Translations under genes and position numbers: made by a program
Notes under the pieces: model-generated
The model's database searches: none
The model's input: only the letters and a program-made list of their open reading frames with translations
Told to the model about the DNA's origin: nothing
From: Callorhinchus milii
Lineage: Eukaryota
Assembly: GCF_018977255.1 (NCBI RefSeq)
Contig: NW_024704756.1
Coordinates: 16,678,001-16,742,000, forward strand
DNA: 64,000 nucleotides
Direction: 5' to 3'
Part shown: positions 9,704 through 22,390 of the stretch, one piece after another
Position numbering within the stretch: position 1 is the stretch's first letter
How the letters are laid out: every line of letters begins with the position of its first letter

Positions 9704-12700
9704 GTGGATTGATCCGTGTTCTCCCCCACCACCCACCCACCCACCCACCCACGCCAACCCCCCCCCCACCACCCAGCTACACTCCTCGTCTGTTCCTTCG
9801 GGACAAGGTGGACGAGCCGCTCGCTGGGTTTTAAAACCACCTTGAGGCCTCTTAAAGGGACAGTGCAACGAATGTCCGCAACCTGCTTTCTGTGCGCTGT
9901 GCTGATGTCCCTCACAGTGAGAGATTACGTCTTCGCTTCAGGGAAATGCGCCGAATGAATGAATGAATAAATAAATAAATAAATAAATATACAAATAAAT
10001 ATATTTCCAAATGGTTTCCTGGCATTTCCTCAAATGTTTTCAGTCAGTCAAACCCACTGCCTGCAGCGAGGGGAGGGGGGAATGTCTAATGGGGAGAGTT
10101 TATGATGGCAGGGGGTGTGGACTTCTGCACAAAATGGCTCCTTGTAGCCTGTGACGTTCCAAAACATCACACCAGGTACGGGAAGTCCCAGAGCATTCAA
10201 CCACTCATGGGAATCCAGATGTTCCAGAGTCAGGTCACAAAGGGTTGGTTAGTGGCAGATCCTAATGGGTCAGTTTGGTGCTTGGTGATGTTTAGGGTTG
10301 ACGGTTGGTTGATGGTGTCTCCTGTTTGAAATAAATTCAGACGTGAAGCCAACCACAGGAATTGGGGGGGGTGGGGGGGGGGGGGGGGTTGGGGTGGGGG
10401 GGAGATTGGCTGTTCACCCAAACCGTGATGAGAATCTAGCAAATCCGCAGAAAATATTGTGCAGTCTTTTATGAGGTTTCCTGTTCTCTGAACAAAGTAG
10501 GACACGACCTAAAAACGAGAGAGTGCGGCTTTGTTTTTGACCTGAAGGTCCTCTGGTTCTGAACTCAGGTCAGTTGTTTGCACGCTCGCCTCGGAGTCAG
10601 GAGGTTGCGGGTGCAAGACACACAGCGCTGGGGGTGGGTGGGGGCTGCTGGGGGGGACATTCCATTGTCAGAAGCGCTGCCCCTTGGATGAGATGTTAAA
10701 CCGAGCTCCCCGTCAGGACCTCTCCTCAGGTCCCGCTCGAAAGGATAAGGGAGTTTCTCTCTCCTGGCTGTCCTGGCTGACAAACCCCGGGATACAATCG
10801 GTCGCTCACTTCACGTCTGTTTGTGGGGACGTTGCTGTCCATAACTTGGCTGCCGCCCTGGCCTGCAAAACACACAGTCACTGGGCTTTACAGTAAATCC
10901 TGTGAAGCACTTGGTGACATCTTCCTGATGTGTGAAGGTGCTGCATCAAGTGTGTGTGTGTGTGTGGTGTCTGTGTGTGTGTGCTCCAGGGGATGATTGG
11001 CGGCTGTCTGTAGGACAGTGAGGTGTAGAGTTTCCTCTATAAGATGTGAGATGTTTATCTGCTCGGAGCTCAGTGTTCTCTTTCGTGTGTGACAGGATAT
11101 GGCTCGTGTGGTCGGCCTCGTTGGGAACAACTGCTGCCGTCTTTGCAGCTGGAATAACGGCCCCCGTTCAGTTCTCGCTCTCACATTGTGGGCGCTCTGG
11201 AAATTCACCTCAATACCAAAAGCTCTTAACCACTTTGATGTAAGGGAGTTGTGTAGTGCTTAGAGCACTCGCATTGCCAGTTTTGATTCCCAGGCAGAGC
11301 AAAGCCTTAGGCAAGTTTCGTTTCTCCACACGCCTCGGATGACTAACCTAGTCAGTAAGTAGGAACCTGGTCATTAGTGGATTGGCAGATCACTTTCCGA
11401 AGTTAATAAGCCCTTCAAAAAACAAATAATAATAATAATTTGGTCACTCGATCCACGATTGTTGTGGGACACCGCTGTGCGCGATTGGCTGTCACGTTTC
11501 ATCCACAAAATACCGTCACTACACTTTACAGCACATTCTGTGAAGCGCTTTGAGACGTCTCAAAATGACGTAATAAGGCGTTATATCAAATGAAAGGATT
11601 ATTAGTGGTAGTAATAATGCCCACAGCACAAGAGACAGTGGATTTATGTTATTTATTTAACTCAGAAAGGAAGAGAACAACGTTATCAAAGCCCCCCCCC
11701 CCCCCCCCCGCACACACATTCACACAGCAAGAAGCTTCTATAATTCATCACCCTGGTATACAGTGAAACTAATTATTTCCTACATAGCAATTCCTGTGGT
11801 TTGGTTGTATGTTGGCTTCCAGAGCAGCAATAATACAATAATAACAATGCTAATAATAGCAGCTCTTAACCTGCTGTGATGGTGGGGTGGGGGTGGGGGG
11901 TGGGGGGAATAGTCAGTGCATTGGGCAGGGCTTTGGAGGGTGGATGGTAAATTTGCTCTGAGACCTGGGGTCCAACTGTGGAGTACTCGGGTTGGCGATG
12001 GCCTTTTCCCAACTGATGGAAACATCCATTCGGCATTCATTGCATTTCGTGTCGGGAGGATGTTCCAGGGCACTGGATAATGAGGGGTTTGCACCCAAGA
12101 TGGAGCTTGAATTCAGAGAGGGAGGAGGGCAAGGTGTAAATTATGTCAGAAGGACGTCTCAAAGTGTCTGACTCAGCCAACTGAGCGCCCAAAGTGGGGG
12201 TGGTTGTGGGGTGCAGGGGGGAGGGGGAGGGGGAGCGAGGAGGGGAAGATGAGGTATCGGAGGAAGGGGTGGGTGGGTGGGGGAGGGGGAGGCATGGAGG
12301 GAAAAGGTGGGTGCAAGTGAGGTCAAAGACCCTTTCACTTTCCGCAGCCCGATCGTTACTTCTGAAGTGAAGTGTGCGGAAATGTTTCACAGCAGGTTTT
12401 GTTGGCAAAGTTAGCAGCGACGGCTTATACATAGTCTGTACGGTCGTAGGCTGTGGGGGAGCGAGGAAGGAGGCAATGGAACCTGAGACTGTCTGTGGCT
12501 CAGCAGGAGGTGGTTTGGCTTTGCCGTGATGCATTGCTTGGTTTTATTGGCTGTTTAAAGGGCCCCTTTATATTTCGAGCCTTTAATTTGTCGTGGGCTC
12601 GATTGCCTCTGTTTACCAAGTGGCCAAGCTGTGGAAATAACCTGTGACGATTTATTTCCCTGAATGTAATCAGACTTGAGGATCTTTAGCTCTGACATTA

Positions 12701-12869
12701 AATGGCATCTGGCTCCTGCCCCCTCCCCCTCCCCCGCCCGCTCTACAAATATTGATCATAAACAGAGCCCCGAGGAAACACAGTTAGAAAATACTCTGGA
12801 CAAAAAGTGAAGCATCACAGTAAATACAAACGTTCCATAAGTCATTATTAACTTCTTGATATAAGGGTT

Positions 12870-13480
12870 CTTTGTTTCTTGTGGCAACAACAACCAATTA
12901 CATGTGTAAAGCGCCTTTCAAGGCGCTCGACCGTCAAGAGTTTGGGACCCGAGCTGGGGTTGTGATCGGGGAGGGTAGAGGGCGGGGAGGTGGGTGGGGG
13001 GGAAGGATGGTGATAGAAGGCACGGTCAAAGAGAAGGGTCTTGAAACAAGTCTTGAGGGAGGCAAGGGAGGGGGCGAGGCGGTAGGGGGCTTGGTTCCTC
13101 CCTACCTCTGCGACCTCCCAACCCCCTACAATCCTGCTCGCTCCCTCCACTCAGCGGGCTCCGCCTGCTTCATGTCCCCCGCCTCGCTCGCCCCACTATT
13201 GGCGAGTGGGCCTTCAGCCACTCTGCCCCCACCCTCTGGAAGTCCATCCCGCAGTCCCTCACCTCGCCCCCTCTCTCCTCTCCTTCAAGAGCCATCTCAA
13301 GACCCTCCTCTTTGACCAAGCTTTCGATCACCCTCCTGCCGTCCCCTTGCCCTCCGCCCTCCCTGACCCCGCTCCCCCCACCACACCGGCTCGGGTCCGA
13401 AGCTCTGACTGTCCGGTCGGTGTTTTGGGACGTCCTCCCCACGTGAAAGGCGCGTTACAAATATAATTTTGCTGTTGTTG
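12870..13480. mobile_element. Two L2-like LINE 3' fragments back to back (minus strand about 12870-13090, plus strand about 13095-13480); other fragments at 5330-5645 and 62200-62460
   Basis: ORF2-end motif (..ccttcagccactctgcccccaccctctggaa..tccttcaagagccatctcaagaccctcctctttgacc) and tail gggacgtcctccccacgtgaaaggcgc..(TTG)n. The tail is shared with the local SINEs. Confidence 0.7.
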
Positions 13481-14339
13481 TTCTGTGCACATATAGCGCC
13501 CGTCATGAGCCCGACATCTCGGAGCGCTGCGAACGAAGAGTGGCTGCTTATCTGCTCCTGCGCTACTCCCCCAGGCTGCCTCCGACGCTCGCTGGCTTCT
13601 GGGCGCTTCCTGTTTTGTTGCTCAGCCACATTCCCTGCCGCCACTGGCGCCACGGGGGGAAGCAACGGAAAGATAAAAGAACAAGACTCGGGTCAGTCGG
13701 TTGCCCCACTCGGGGTACGATACACGTAACAAGCGCAGCAGAGCAAAGCGGCGCACTCGGAGGCCGCCTTTCTACGGGGTGAAAGTGCTTGGCTTACCGA
13801 TTCGGAGGAGTCGGTGTGAATTTTAACAGTTTAACTCGGGACGGCTTTTAAGTTGATTCATTTTTTTGTGGTGGGGAGGGGGGGGTTGGGGGGTGGGGGG
13901 GTGCTGTGGGGGGGCAGGGAATTGATATTTATTTCCTGTTGAGGAAGAAAGGGTGAAATCCGGATTTTCCCCGGCCAAGTTTATCCCAGGGAGTGGGGTG
14001 GGGAGTGGTGGGGGTGGGGGGAGAGGGGTTGAGTGGGGGTGGGAGTTGGGGGGTGGGGAAGCAGCGGTATAAAGACCGAGGAGTTTTGCCCCATTGTTTA
14101 CATCGGGGATGGGGTGTGTCCAACCTTTTGGAAGTTCCACCTAAAAAGAGTTAATTTTTTTTTGCATAACTACTTCTATGGGGAGAGAGACCACGTTTCT
14201 CATTAGGGGAAAAACCTGTGGAAACCACATGTGGAAGAACATGTTTTTTGTGCGTCATGTATTCTGAGGGCAAGCGATTGGTTGGGGGAGGGGTTTAGAA
14301 TGCCGTCAATTCTCCCCCGTGTTGGTTGTGTCGCAGTGT

Positions 14340-17300
14340 CTAAACCCTCACGTAGATGTTTTTGTTTATGCCGTACCTATTGCTCTCTGCTAAACGCACC
14401 ACGTCAATGAAGAGGGTCTCGGGCTGGACCCCTCCTCCGTTGCTGGGAACCGTGTCCTTGCCCAGGAACACTGGCCTCTCCAAGTGCTGCCAGAGTCCTC
14501 GCTGCTGGGTGTCCTCTTTGGAGTAGGGAGGGGGCTCGCTCACGAGGCATGCGTTCTCGTGGTAGATTGGTTTGAAGCCCTCCAGCGTGTCCTTGGGAAC
14601 TCCCAGCCAATCCTACAGTTCAACACACATTACAATTATACACAGCACCAGGACAGTCAGGGATTCTGACCTGAGAATGGGTGGGATCAGGAAGGGTGGA
14701 GGGCAGGGAGGGTAGGAGGGTGACCGAAGGCGCGGTTGAAGAGGAAGGTCTTGAGACGGGCCTTGAAGGAGGCAAGGGAGAGGGCAAGGCGGAGGGACTG
14801 TGGGAGTGGCATCTCAAACACTTACACAGATGTAAAGCTTCAGAGAGATCAACAACATCCTGTTTATATAGTACCCTTCAAGATCATTTACTCTGTGTCT
14901 GATTGTGGTTCAATACTGTGCACATATTGGCCGATGCGTTTGCCTACAAATACACAGTAACTACGCTTTGGAGCAATTCCCTGTGAAGCGCTTTGAGGTG
15001 TTTCGCTGTTACAATCCCACTTATAAAATACCGGGATGATTATTGTTATAATTATTTTTCTACCTGAAAGTTCCCACCAAAGTTGTCGAACAGAGAGTCA
15101 AACCTCCTTCCTGGGTTTGGAATCTTTGGGATGATGATGACCTTGAGTCTAGAAGCAGAAGAAGAGGAAAATAAACATTGGGATAAACCAGGACTTTGGG
15201 GAATGAGCCACTGTCCCTGAGCCCAGTTAGGAGTTTGGCAGCAATGGGGACTGTTCCCTTTTCATGCAACTTCTCAACTGAGATACCAGAATCTGTCAGT
15301 TCTGCTCTGGACCACTGGATGGTGCGCCGAGGCATGTAAGATCCTTCCCTTTGGGGTGATGAGGGGCGGGTGGGTGGGGGAGGCAGAGGGTAATCAATGA
15401 CTGATTTGGAATGAGGTTGGTGTCAGAATGCTGGATTCATTTAAGAAACAGCTCAGTGCTGTGATGGTGGACATTAGGATTGGGAACTCTGAGACCAAAT
15501 GCAATGAAGGGTCTTCTTTTTCCAAATCAATCTTGTGATTCCCCTCCCACGCAGCAAGCAAAGGCACGTGGGGAGGCACTGAGCGAAAACAAGAATCGGA
15601 TTCTCTCCCCACACCTCAAGACCCACCGGCAAAGCTGACATGAACAACTGGGTGAAATGAGCAGAGTGTGAGCCCCGGATCAAAACAGGTCAATCTCCTT
15701 CAGGCAAAGTCACATAAAGGGTGAGTTTAGCAAAACAACACAGAGGGTTGGTAGGATGTTGAAATGGCCCATCAAACATGTTGCTTTAAGCAGAATCTGT
15801 AATTGCTTTTAAAAGGGAATTAAAGAATTGTTTGGGAAGTGGAAAATATAAAAAGGGTGAGAGGTGGAGGGGTGAGAGGGGAGGGGGGAAGGTAGAAAGT
15901 TGGGACTAAACAGGTAGCACTCTCACTAGAACAGGTAGTATGAGCCGAATGACCTCCTTCTGTGCTATAAAATTCTACGATCCTCACGAGAAAATAGTAA
16001 TGCTGAAATGAGGTGAGAGAAAGAGAGAGAGAGAGAGAAAGTGCTGATGTAATAAGGCTTTGTGCTACTCACTTTTCATTCTTTAGTATAAGCACGAGCA
16101 AAATTAGAGCCAAAATGATAAGTCCAGGGATCAAAGTGATGCACATTTGAAGCCTGGTGTCTCCGGGAGTTTCAGTGGCGTCTACGAAACAGAAAAAGAA
16201 ATTGTCCTGAATAAAGCGAATAACATTGGATTTACCTTCAGATTAAGATTGAAAAGGTTCCACAGTTGGGGCTCGGACATGCGATGGTCCTCTCCTGCCC
16301 CCGCACCCCCCAATCTTCCTTCCTCTCTAACCTTGGGGTAGTGTGGGGAAGGAGGGAGGTGCTGATACTTACCTAAATTGCCCCAAGTCACCGATGAGCT
16401 CCACTCACTCCAGAAGAGAGTTGTACCACAAAAATCGTTGATCTTAGCCCGTACTTTAAAGGTGTAGAGTTTCTTTGGGTCCACACTCGGCACGGGAAAC
16501 TTTGTTTGTTCTTGCAGGGATTCAATCTGTTTGTGGGCGAGAAAAGGGGAAAAAATAACAGAGTGGTATGCAATTTAAAGTTCACGGAATCTGTTTAATG
16601 GGTCATCTGAAGGATGCAACTCAGACAATCCAACGCTCCCTCCCCAACCAGGGCTGGAGTGTCAGCCTGGACTAACGATTTTAAAGGCTTGAACAGAGAT
16701 TAGTAATAGAGAGAGAGAGAGAGAGAGAGTGTGGTTAACCAAGGAGTGAGAGTGCTACCAACTGAGCCAAACTGAGCCCTGAAGGTACATCCGTGGGCCT
16801 GACATTATTCAAGCTCTCTCGGTACCTGCCAGTCTTTGTCCTTGTTGCTCTTGTACTTGATCTCATACTGCAGACAGTGTTGGATCATGGGTGGCTCCCA
16901 GCTCAGGGAGATCCCGTTGTTGGTTGTGGTGTTGACGGTCAGGTTTGTCGGAGGATTGGGTTTCACTGGGAAGAAAGCACAGAAATGTGTCGATCGGCCC
17001 CATCAGGTCTGCCCTAGTGGGGTTCCCCCAGGCTTAACCTGCTCCTGATTTCAAACCAATTCAGGGCTCAGTTCAGTCAACGAGAGGCTGAGTCAAAGCC
17101 GATCTTCCTGGTCAGTGAAAGCCAGCGAGCAAGGTGAGGTGGGGTGGAGTGGGGGGGAGGGGACGTGTGCGAGGGGAGAGTGGGCCGTGGGAGTCTACAC
17201 GCCCATCGATTTTTTTTTAATTTCAACTCGAGCCCGTTCCAGCTACTAAGAATTCCAGACACCAGGAATCTGGTCCGGTTCAGTGGCTAACAACCGTTAC

Positions 17301-20300
17301 CACACCCAACTAATCGCTCAATCTTTAGATTGTGGCTGAGAACCCCCTCCCAGTCCCCGCTCTGTGTCCCACCCCTCCACCTCCATGCCCTGTGTCCACC
17401 TGCCCCCACACCCGCATACCTTGGTCCTGCAGCTGGAAGGTTTGGTTGGGGGGGATCACCCTCTCCGAGCCAATGATCCCAATCCGGTTCACGTGAAAAT
17501 TCACAAACTCCCGGATCTTGTCCTTTGTGAAGTTGCAGCCAATGTTGTAGCCGTCCTGCTGGATGTAGGAGCCACATTCCTGAGCTGGCTCTGATGCGTA
17601 CCTGGGGGGGAAGGTGTGCAACACATCTTAGTTCAGGAGAGAGTTAGTGTGGATAATGTGAATAATGAACTGGGTATTCTTGCAGGGAATTAACTGATAA
17701 CTATTTAGTTGCTTTTGGTGGGATTCTGATCCACAGGTTCCCTCCCTGCATTCTGTGTAAAGGCATTAGGGTGGGTCGATGAGTGGCACAGTCTCCTCTA
17801 AGTCACAAGGCTTTGAGCTCGTTGTCTCGGCTGACATTCTAGTGCAGTGTTGGTGGAGCTTTGCACTAATAATCCTTACATTTCCTTTTTTTTGATATAA
17901 TGCCTTATCATGTCTTCAAGACTTCTTAAAGCGCTTCACAGAATATACTGTAAAGTGAATTGACTGTATACTTTGGATACAGTGGAGTCCTGTAGCTCAG
18001 TTGTGGAGTCCTGTAGCTCAGTGGTTAGAGCACTCGCTTTGCAAGTGAGAGACCTGAGTTCAATCCCAGGCAGAGGGCGAAACCTTGGGCAAGTTTCCTT
18101 ACTCCACACAGAGCCTAATAATCCCTCCAAAACCAAAAACAATAATAAATTGGTCATTTTCAATCTACGACTGTTTGTGGGACATTGCTGTGCGCAATTG
18201 GCTGCCGCGTTCGCCCACAAATATACAGTCAATTCACTTTACAGTGTGTTCTGTGAAGCGCTTTGGGACGTCCTCCCGACGTGAAAAGCGCTATATCAAA
18301 GGCAAGGATTATTATTATTATTATTTTGCGGGCAAAACGCGGCAACCAATTGCGCACAGCAGCGTCCCACAAACAGTCGTGGATTGAGTGATTAGATTTT
18401 TATTTATTTATTTTTGAGGGATTATTACCCCTGGAAAGCGATCCGCCAACTACCGGGTTCCTACTTACTGCTAAGTAAATAGAGGTGAGTGGAGTAAGGA
18501 AACTTGCCTCAGGTTTTGTCCCATCCGGGAATCAAACACAGGTCCTCTCGCTTGCGAGGTGAGTGCTTTAACTACTGAGTTACAGGGGTCTATTTGGCTC
18601 ATCTCATTGTTTCCTCCCTCACCCACCCTCACGCGAGGATAGGATCGTGTTTCAGTATGAGGGCAAACAACCTCACTGACACTCACTCTCCATCCAGGCT
18701 TCCACATGAAGAATGGCCACTTGGACGCGCATGAGACATCAGTGCTTAGAACCAACCACAGTTGTCAGCTTGAAGAGGAGGACGGGAATAAGAGAGAGAG
18801 AGACAAGAGGCCATTAAACCCCTCTTTGCTGGGTTGCATTTGAGCCACACTCACCAGTAGTGCATGGTGTAGTTCGGTTCCCCATCACTGTGACTCCAGG
18901 TGCACTCCATGAAATCGCTGTTGTAGCAAATGCACTTCACAGCTGCAGAGACAACACAGAGAGCTTACACACTGCCACCTGCCAGCACGCCCGCCTTCCC
19001 GCCAGGGCAAGAGAGTACAAGAGAGGTTCAAACCAAGAAGATCCCATTCTTCTTCCATATTTGCGGTATTTCATAAAGGAATTCCTAATAGGATTTCTTT
19101 TTCCAAAGAATATTGGAAATTACTAGATTAGCCATGTCAGTTAGGCCGCAAAATACAAAGTCACTACATTTTACAGTACATTCTGTGGGGTGCTTTGAGA
19201 CGTCTTGAAGACGTGATAATAATAATAACAGTAATCCTTGCATTTGATATAGCACTTTTCAACATCTTCTCAACGTCTCAAAGCTCTTCACAGAATATAC
19301 TGTAAAGTGAATTGACTGTATATTTGTGGGCGAACGCGGCAGCCAATTGCGCGCAGCAATGTCCCACAAACAGTCGTGGATTGAAAATGACCAATTTATT
19401 ATTGTTCTGTTTTGGAGGGATTATTATTAGGCTCTGTGTGGAGTAAGGAAACTTGCCCAAGGTTTCGCCCTCTGCCTGGAATTGAACCCGGGTGTCTCGC
19501 TTGCAAAGCGAGTGCTCTAACCACTGAGCTACAGGACTCCACTAAAGTGAATTGACTGTATATTTGTGTACAATTAAGGCACTGTATCAAATGCAAGGAT
19601 TATTATTATTAATATAAAGACAGACAGACAAATTATTGCCTCAATCCAACTTTATGCTGATGCACTGAAACTAAAATCCTTTGCCCGAAGCTAAAATCTT
19701 TTCTTAGAAAAGAACTGGAAATCTGATGACTCGAATTGTTTCATTTCAAAGAAACTGATCTTGTGAGAGAAACTGTGAAGTGTAATGACTGTGAATTTGT
19801 AGGCAAATGCGGCAGTCAATTCATGCAGAGCAAAGCCCCTCAAACACCAATGACTGATTCTGATCTGGCCAGGACTCCAGGAGGAACTCTCTTTTTGAAT
19901 AGTGTCCTGGGATCTTTAATATCCACCTGAACAGACAGATTGGGACTTGGTTTAAGGTCTCATCCAAAGGATGGCATCTTTGATGGCATCTCTGATGGCA
20001 CGCAGCACTCTCCCACCACGACATTGGCATGTCTGCCTACACTGAACTGAAAGTGCCAACGTTAGGACCAGAACCCACAAGCTTCTAAGTCACAGGGAAG
20101 ATATAGGCTGCACAAAAATATAACTGAATTGAAGAATTTTCCACAATACTTGATAAGGACTGCAGAGAAACACAGTTTCCAAATTAAACCGCCATTAAAC
20201 TGCCGTGGCCAAACATAGGATCTTAGGGCACAGAAGGAGACCATTCGGCCTATCGTGCCTGTGTCAGCTCTTTGAAAGAGCTACCGGCCAGACAACAACA

Positions 20301-22106
20301 ACAACAACAACAAGATTCCATTTATAAAGCGCCTTTCACGTCAGGAGGACGTCCAGACCCACTTCCCCGCACTTTCCCCAGAGCCCTGGAAATTTTTCCA
20401 CAATTACGTTGCAGTTAAATGTTCAATGTGGAAAAATGGAATAAAAAGAACTCGGATACAGATGAATAAAAATATCCTCTGAAATTGCTAAATGTGTCAC
20501 AAAAAATTCCACTGTGGGTTTTGCGATCAGAGATTTCAATCAGGTGTTTGAGGTTTACTGGGGGTTGGTGAATGATGTCAGACCAATGCTCAAATGAATA
20601 TAGATCTGTTAATCAGTTTCATCTCAAAGAAACGGCCTGAATTCCTACCTGACCTCAGCTTGTGAGACATTTTGCCTTATAATAATAACAATAATAATCC
20701 TTGCATTTGATATAGCGCTGTTCACGTCTTCTAGACGTATCAAAGTGCTTCATAGAATAAATTGCCTTAAAGTAGCACGCAAGATCTTTTTGTTTTAAAA
20801 TATAAGATTTTAATTTGGAAGATGGTTTTCTGATTCTTAAAAAGAATCAGTTTCCAAAATTAAGATTGAATTTAAAAATTTCCAGATTATCTGCACATTA
20901 TTATTATTATTATTATTATCGACATCATCATCATCTTTGATACTGGAACAACAACAATAACAAATGACATTTACACGGCGCCTTTCAAGTCGGGAGGACG
21001 TCCCAAGACGCTGGACAATCAGGGATTTGGACTTGAGTTGGGGGTTGGGGTCAGGAAGGGTGGAGGGCAGGAAGAGTGTGGGTAGGAGGGTGACCGAATG
21101 TACGGTTGAAGAGGAGGATCTTGAGACGATGGAGCGGGCCATGTGGGGGACATGGAAGGGTGGTTGATGCCAAAATGCTGGATTGATTTGACAAATAGCC
21201 TACTGCTGCCTTGAGGAGATGGCAGGATGAGGTATTCAGGAAGGATTAGGTTAATTATTCGAATCGATTCAGCGTTTTTTTTTATCCGTTTTGCAATGTC
21301 CTTGGTTTGGGCTACACGGAAAAAGATAAGATCTTAACTCAAGAAAATAATTCTAAATGATCTCTTTTCTGAGTTTCTAATCAGTCATTGTTTTTGTGGG
21401 TGGTGGTGGGGGTGGGGGGCGGTGGACTGGGTGGGGAGGGTTGAGCGGTGGAGAACAGAAGATAAGAGCAGTTGAGATTATTGGAATGTGAGGTCGAATG
21501 GAGACCTTACGCTGGGACTCACAATGTCAATCATGATTAGACAATCAAATTAGTTAGGAAATAATATCTGGGAGATACAGCTTCTAGTTTGGGACATGAC
21601 AAGTGCAGGCGACAGCTGGGATAGTGGAAGGTGAATTGGATGGACCCTGGCCTTCATCGTCTAGAAAATTTAGAAAATTCTTATGTTCTTATGTTTTATA
21701 TCTCTATTCCACCTCCCAATCTCTTGTTCTTAACCATTCAATTCCACTCCCGCCCCCCGCCAAGAAAAATAAAACAAGTCTGACGGGTTAGGAAGAATTC
21801 TAGATACATGAAAGGCACTGTGTAAATTATTTTCTTATTCTCTTGAATTTAGATTTAACTGTTTTTTCCAAGTAGCCCAAACCAAGCGTTAAAAAAAAGT
21901 CTAAATGTATTTATTTCTGATCCGATGGTGTGGCGCACTTCAAATTCGTTTCCTGTCAGGTACTGGGCGAAAAAATACTTTTAGTCTTAACTTTTAGTTG
22001 AGAAAGACTCACGTTCAGATGATACATTGGGCTCAGCTGAGTGGAGAAGAAGCAGACAGATGAAGGGAAACAGCTCCCCAGATCCCAGAAAGTAACTGCT
22101 AGACAT
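14340..22106 (-). CDS. IL2RG: Cytokine receptor common gamma chain, 8 exons, 374 aa
   Basis: Exons: 22106-22013 ([31 protein letters not shown]), 18942-18855 ([18 protein letters not shown]), 17601-17420, 16965-16826, 16526-16373 (WSEWS), 16181-16073 (TM), 15148-15064 (Box1 LKVIIIPKIPNP..LF..GNFQ), 14612-14340. The last exon begins DWLGVPKDTLEGFKPIYHENACLVSE, versus human gamma-c [26 protein letters not shown]. CDS is 1125 nt and in frame. Synteny with CXorf65 agrees. Confidence 0.9.
17982..18325 (+). mobile_element. Young full-length tRNA-derived Deu-type SINE with a 21-bp head duplication
   Basis: gtggagtcctgtagctcagt occurs twice, followed by A/B boxes, Deu core and tail (TTA)n. Confidence 0.9.
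19232..19542 (-). mobile_element. Young full-length tRNA-derived Deu-type SINE, inverted partner of 17982-18325
   Basis: Reverse complement closely matches 18003-18310. Confidence 0.9.
19701..19756. promoter_or_regulatory. Cluster of STAT, AP-1-like and IRF motifs in IL2RG intron 1
   Basis: TTCTTAGAA (19701), TGATGACTC (about 19724), GTTTCATTTC (= GAAATGAAAC, ISRE-like, about 19738) and TTCAAAGAA (about 19745). Motif match only. Confidence 0.35.
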
Positions 22107-22164
22107 CTTGCGAGTCTAATCCTCAGTCGATTTTATTTCCATTCCATTCACCTAGCTCTCGCTC

Positions 22165-22390
22165 TCAATGTGGTCTGATGACAATAACGGCTCAAGAGCA
22201 AGTGTTTCCTTCCCTGCGTGCGCTCTCTCTCTCTCTATCTACACACACATATATATATACATGTGTATTTCCTCTGTTCTACAACCCAGAGGCAATCGTC
22301 ATTTCCTCACCAATGATTCTCCCACACCAAAGTGCAGAACTTTTGCTTTGCTGTGATGCACTTTCAGGGATCTGAGAAAGAAAACCGCAG
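22165..22390 (-). promoter_or_regulatory. IL2RG proximal promoter with ETS (GAGGAA/GGAA) and RUNX-like sites
   Basis: atttcctc at 22267 and 22301, gtttccttcc near 22204, tgtggt near 22169 and aaccgca near 22383, all upstream of ATG 22106. The mammalian IL2RG promoter is ETS-dependent and TATA-less. Confidence 0.4.

Noticed and set aside
13480-13800. CpG-rich stretch with short ORFs between the two receptors
   Set aside because: No recognisable homology or splice structure; probably IL2RG 3' UTR or intergenic sequence.
18003-18075. tRNA-Ala-like sequence (TGC anticodon-like loop, A and B boxes)
   Set aside because: It is the head of a multi-copy SINE running into the Deu core and tail, not a tRNA gene.
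14340-22106. Calling the minus-strand receptor CRLF2 or IL13RA1
   Set aside because: It has two FnIII domains only, a gamma-c-specific Box2 region and CXorf65 synteny, which favour IL2RG.
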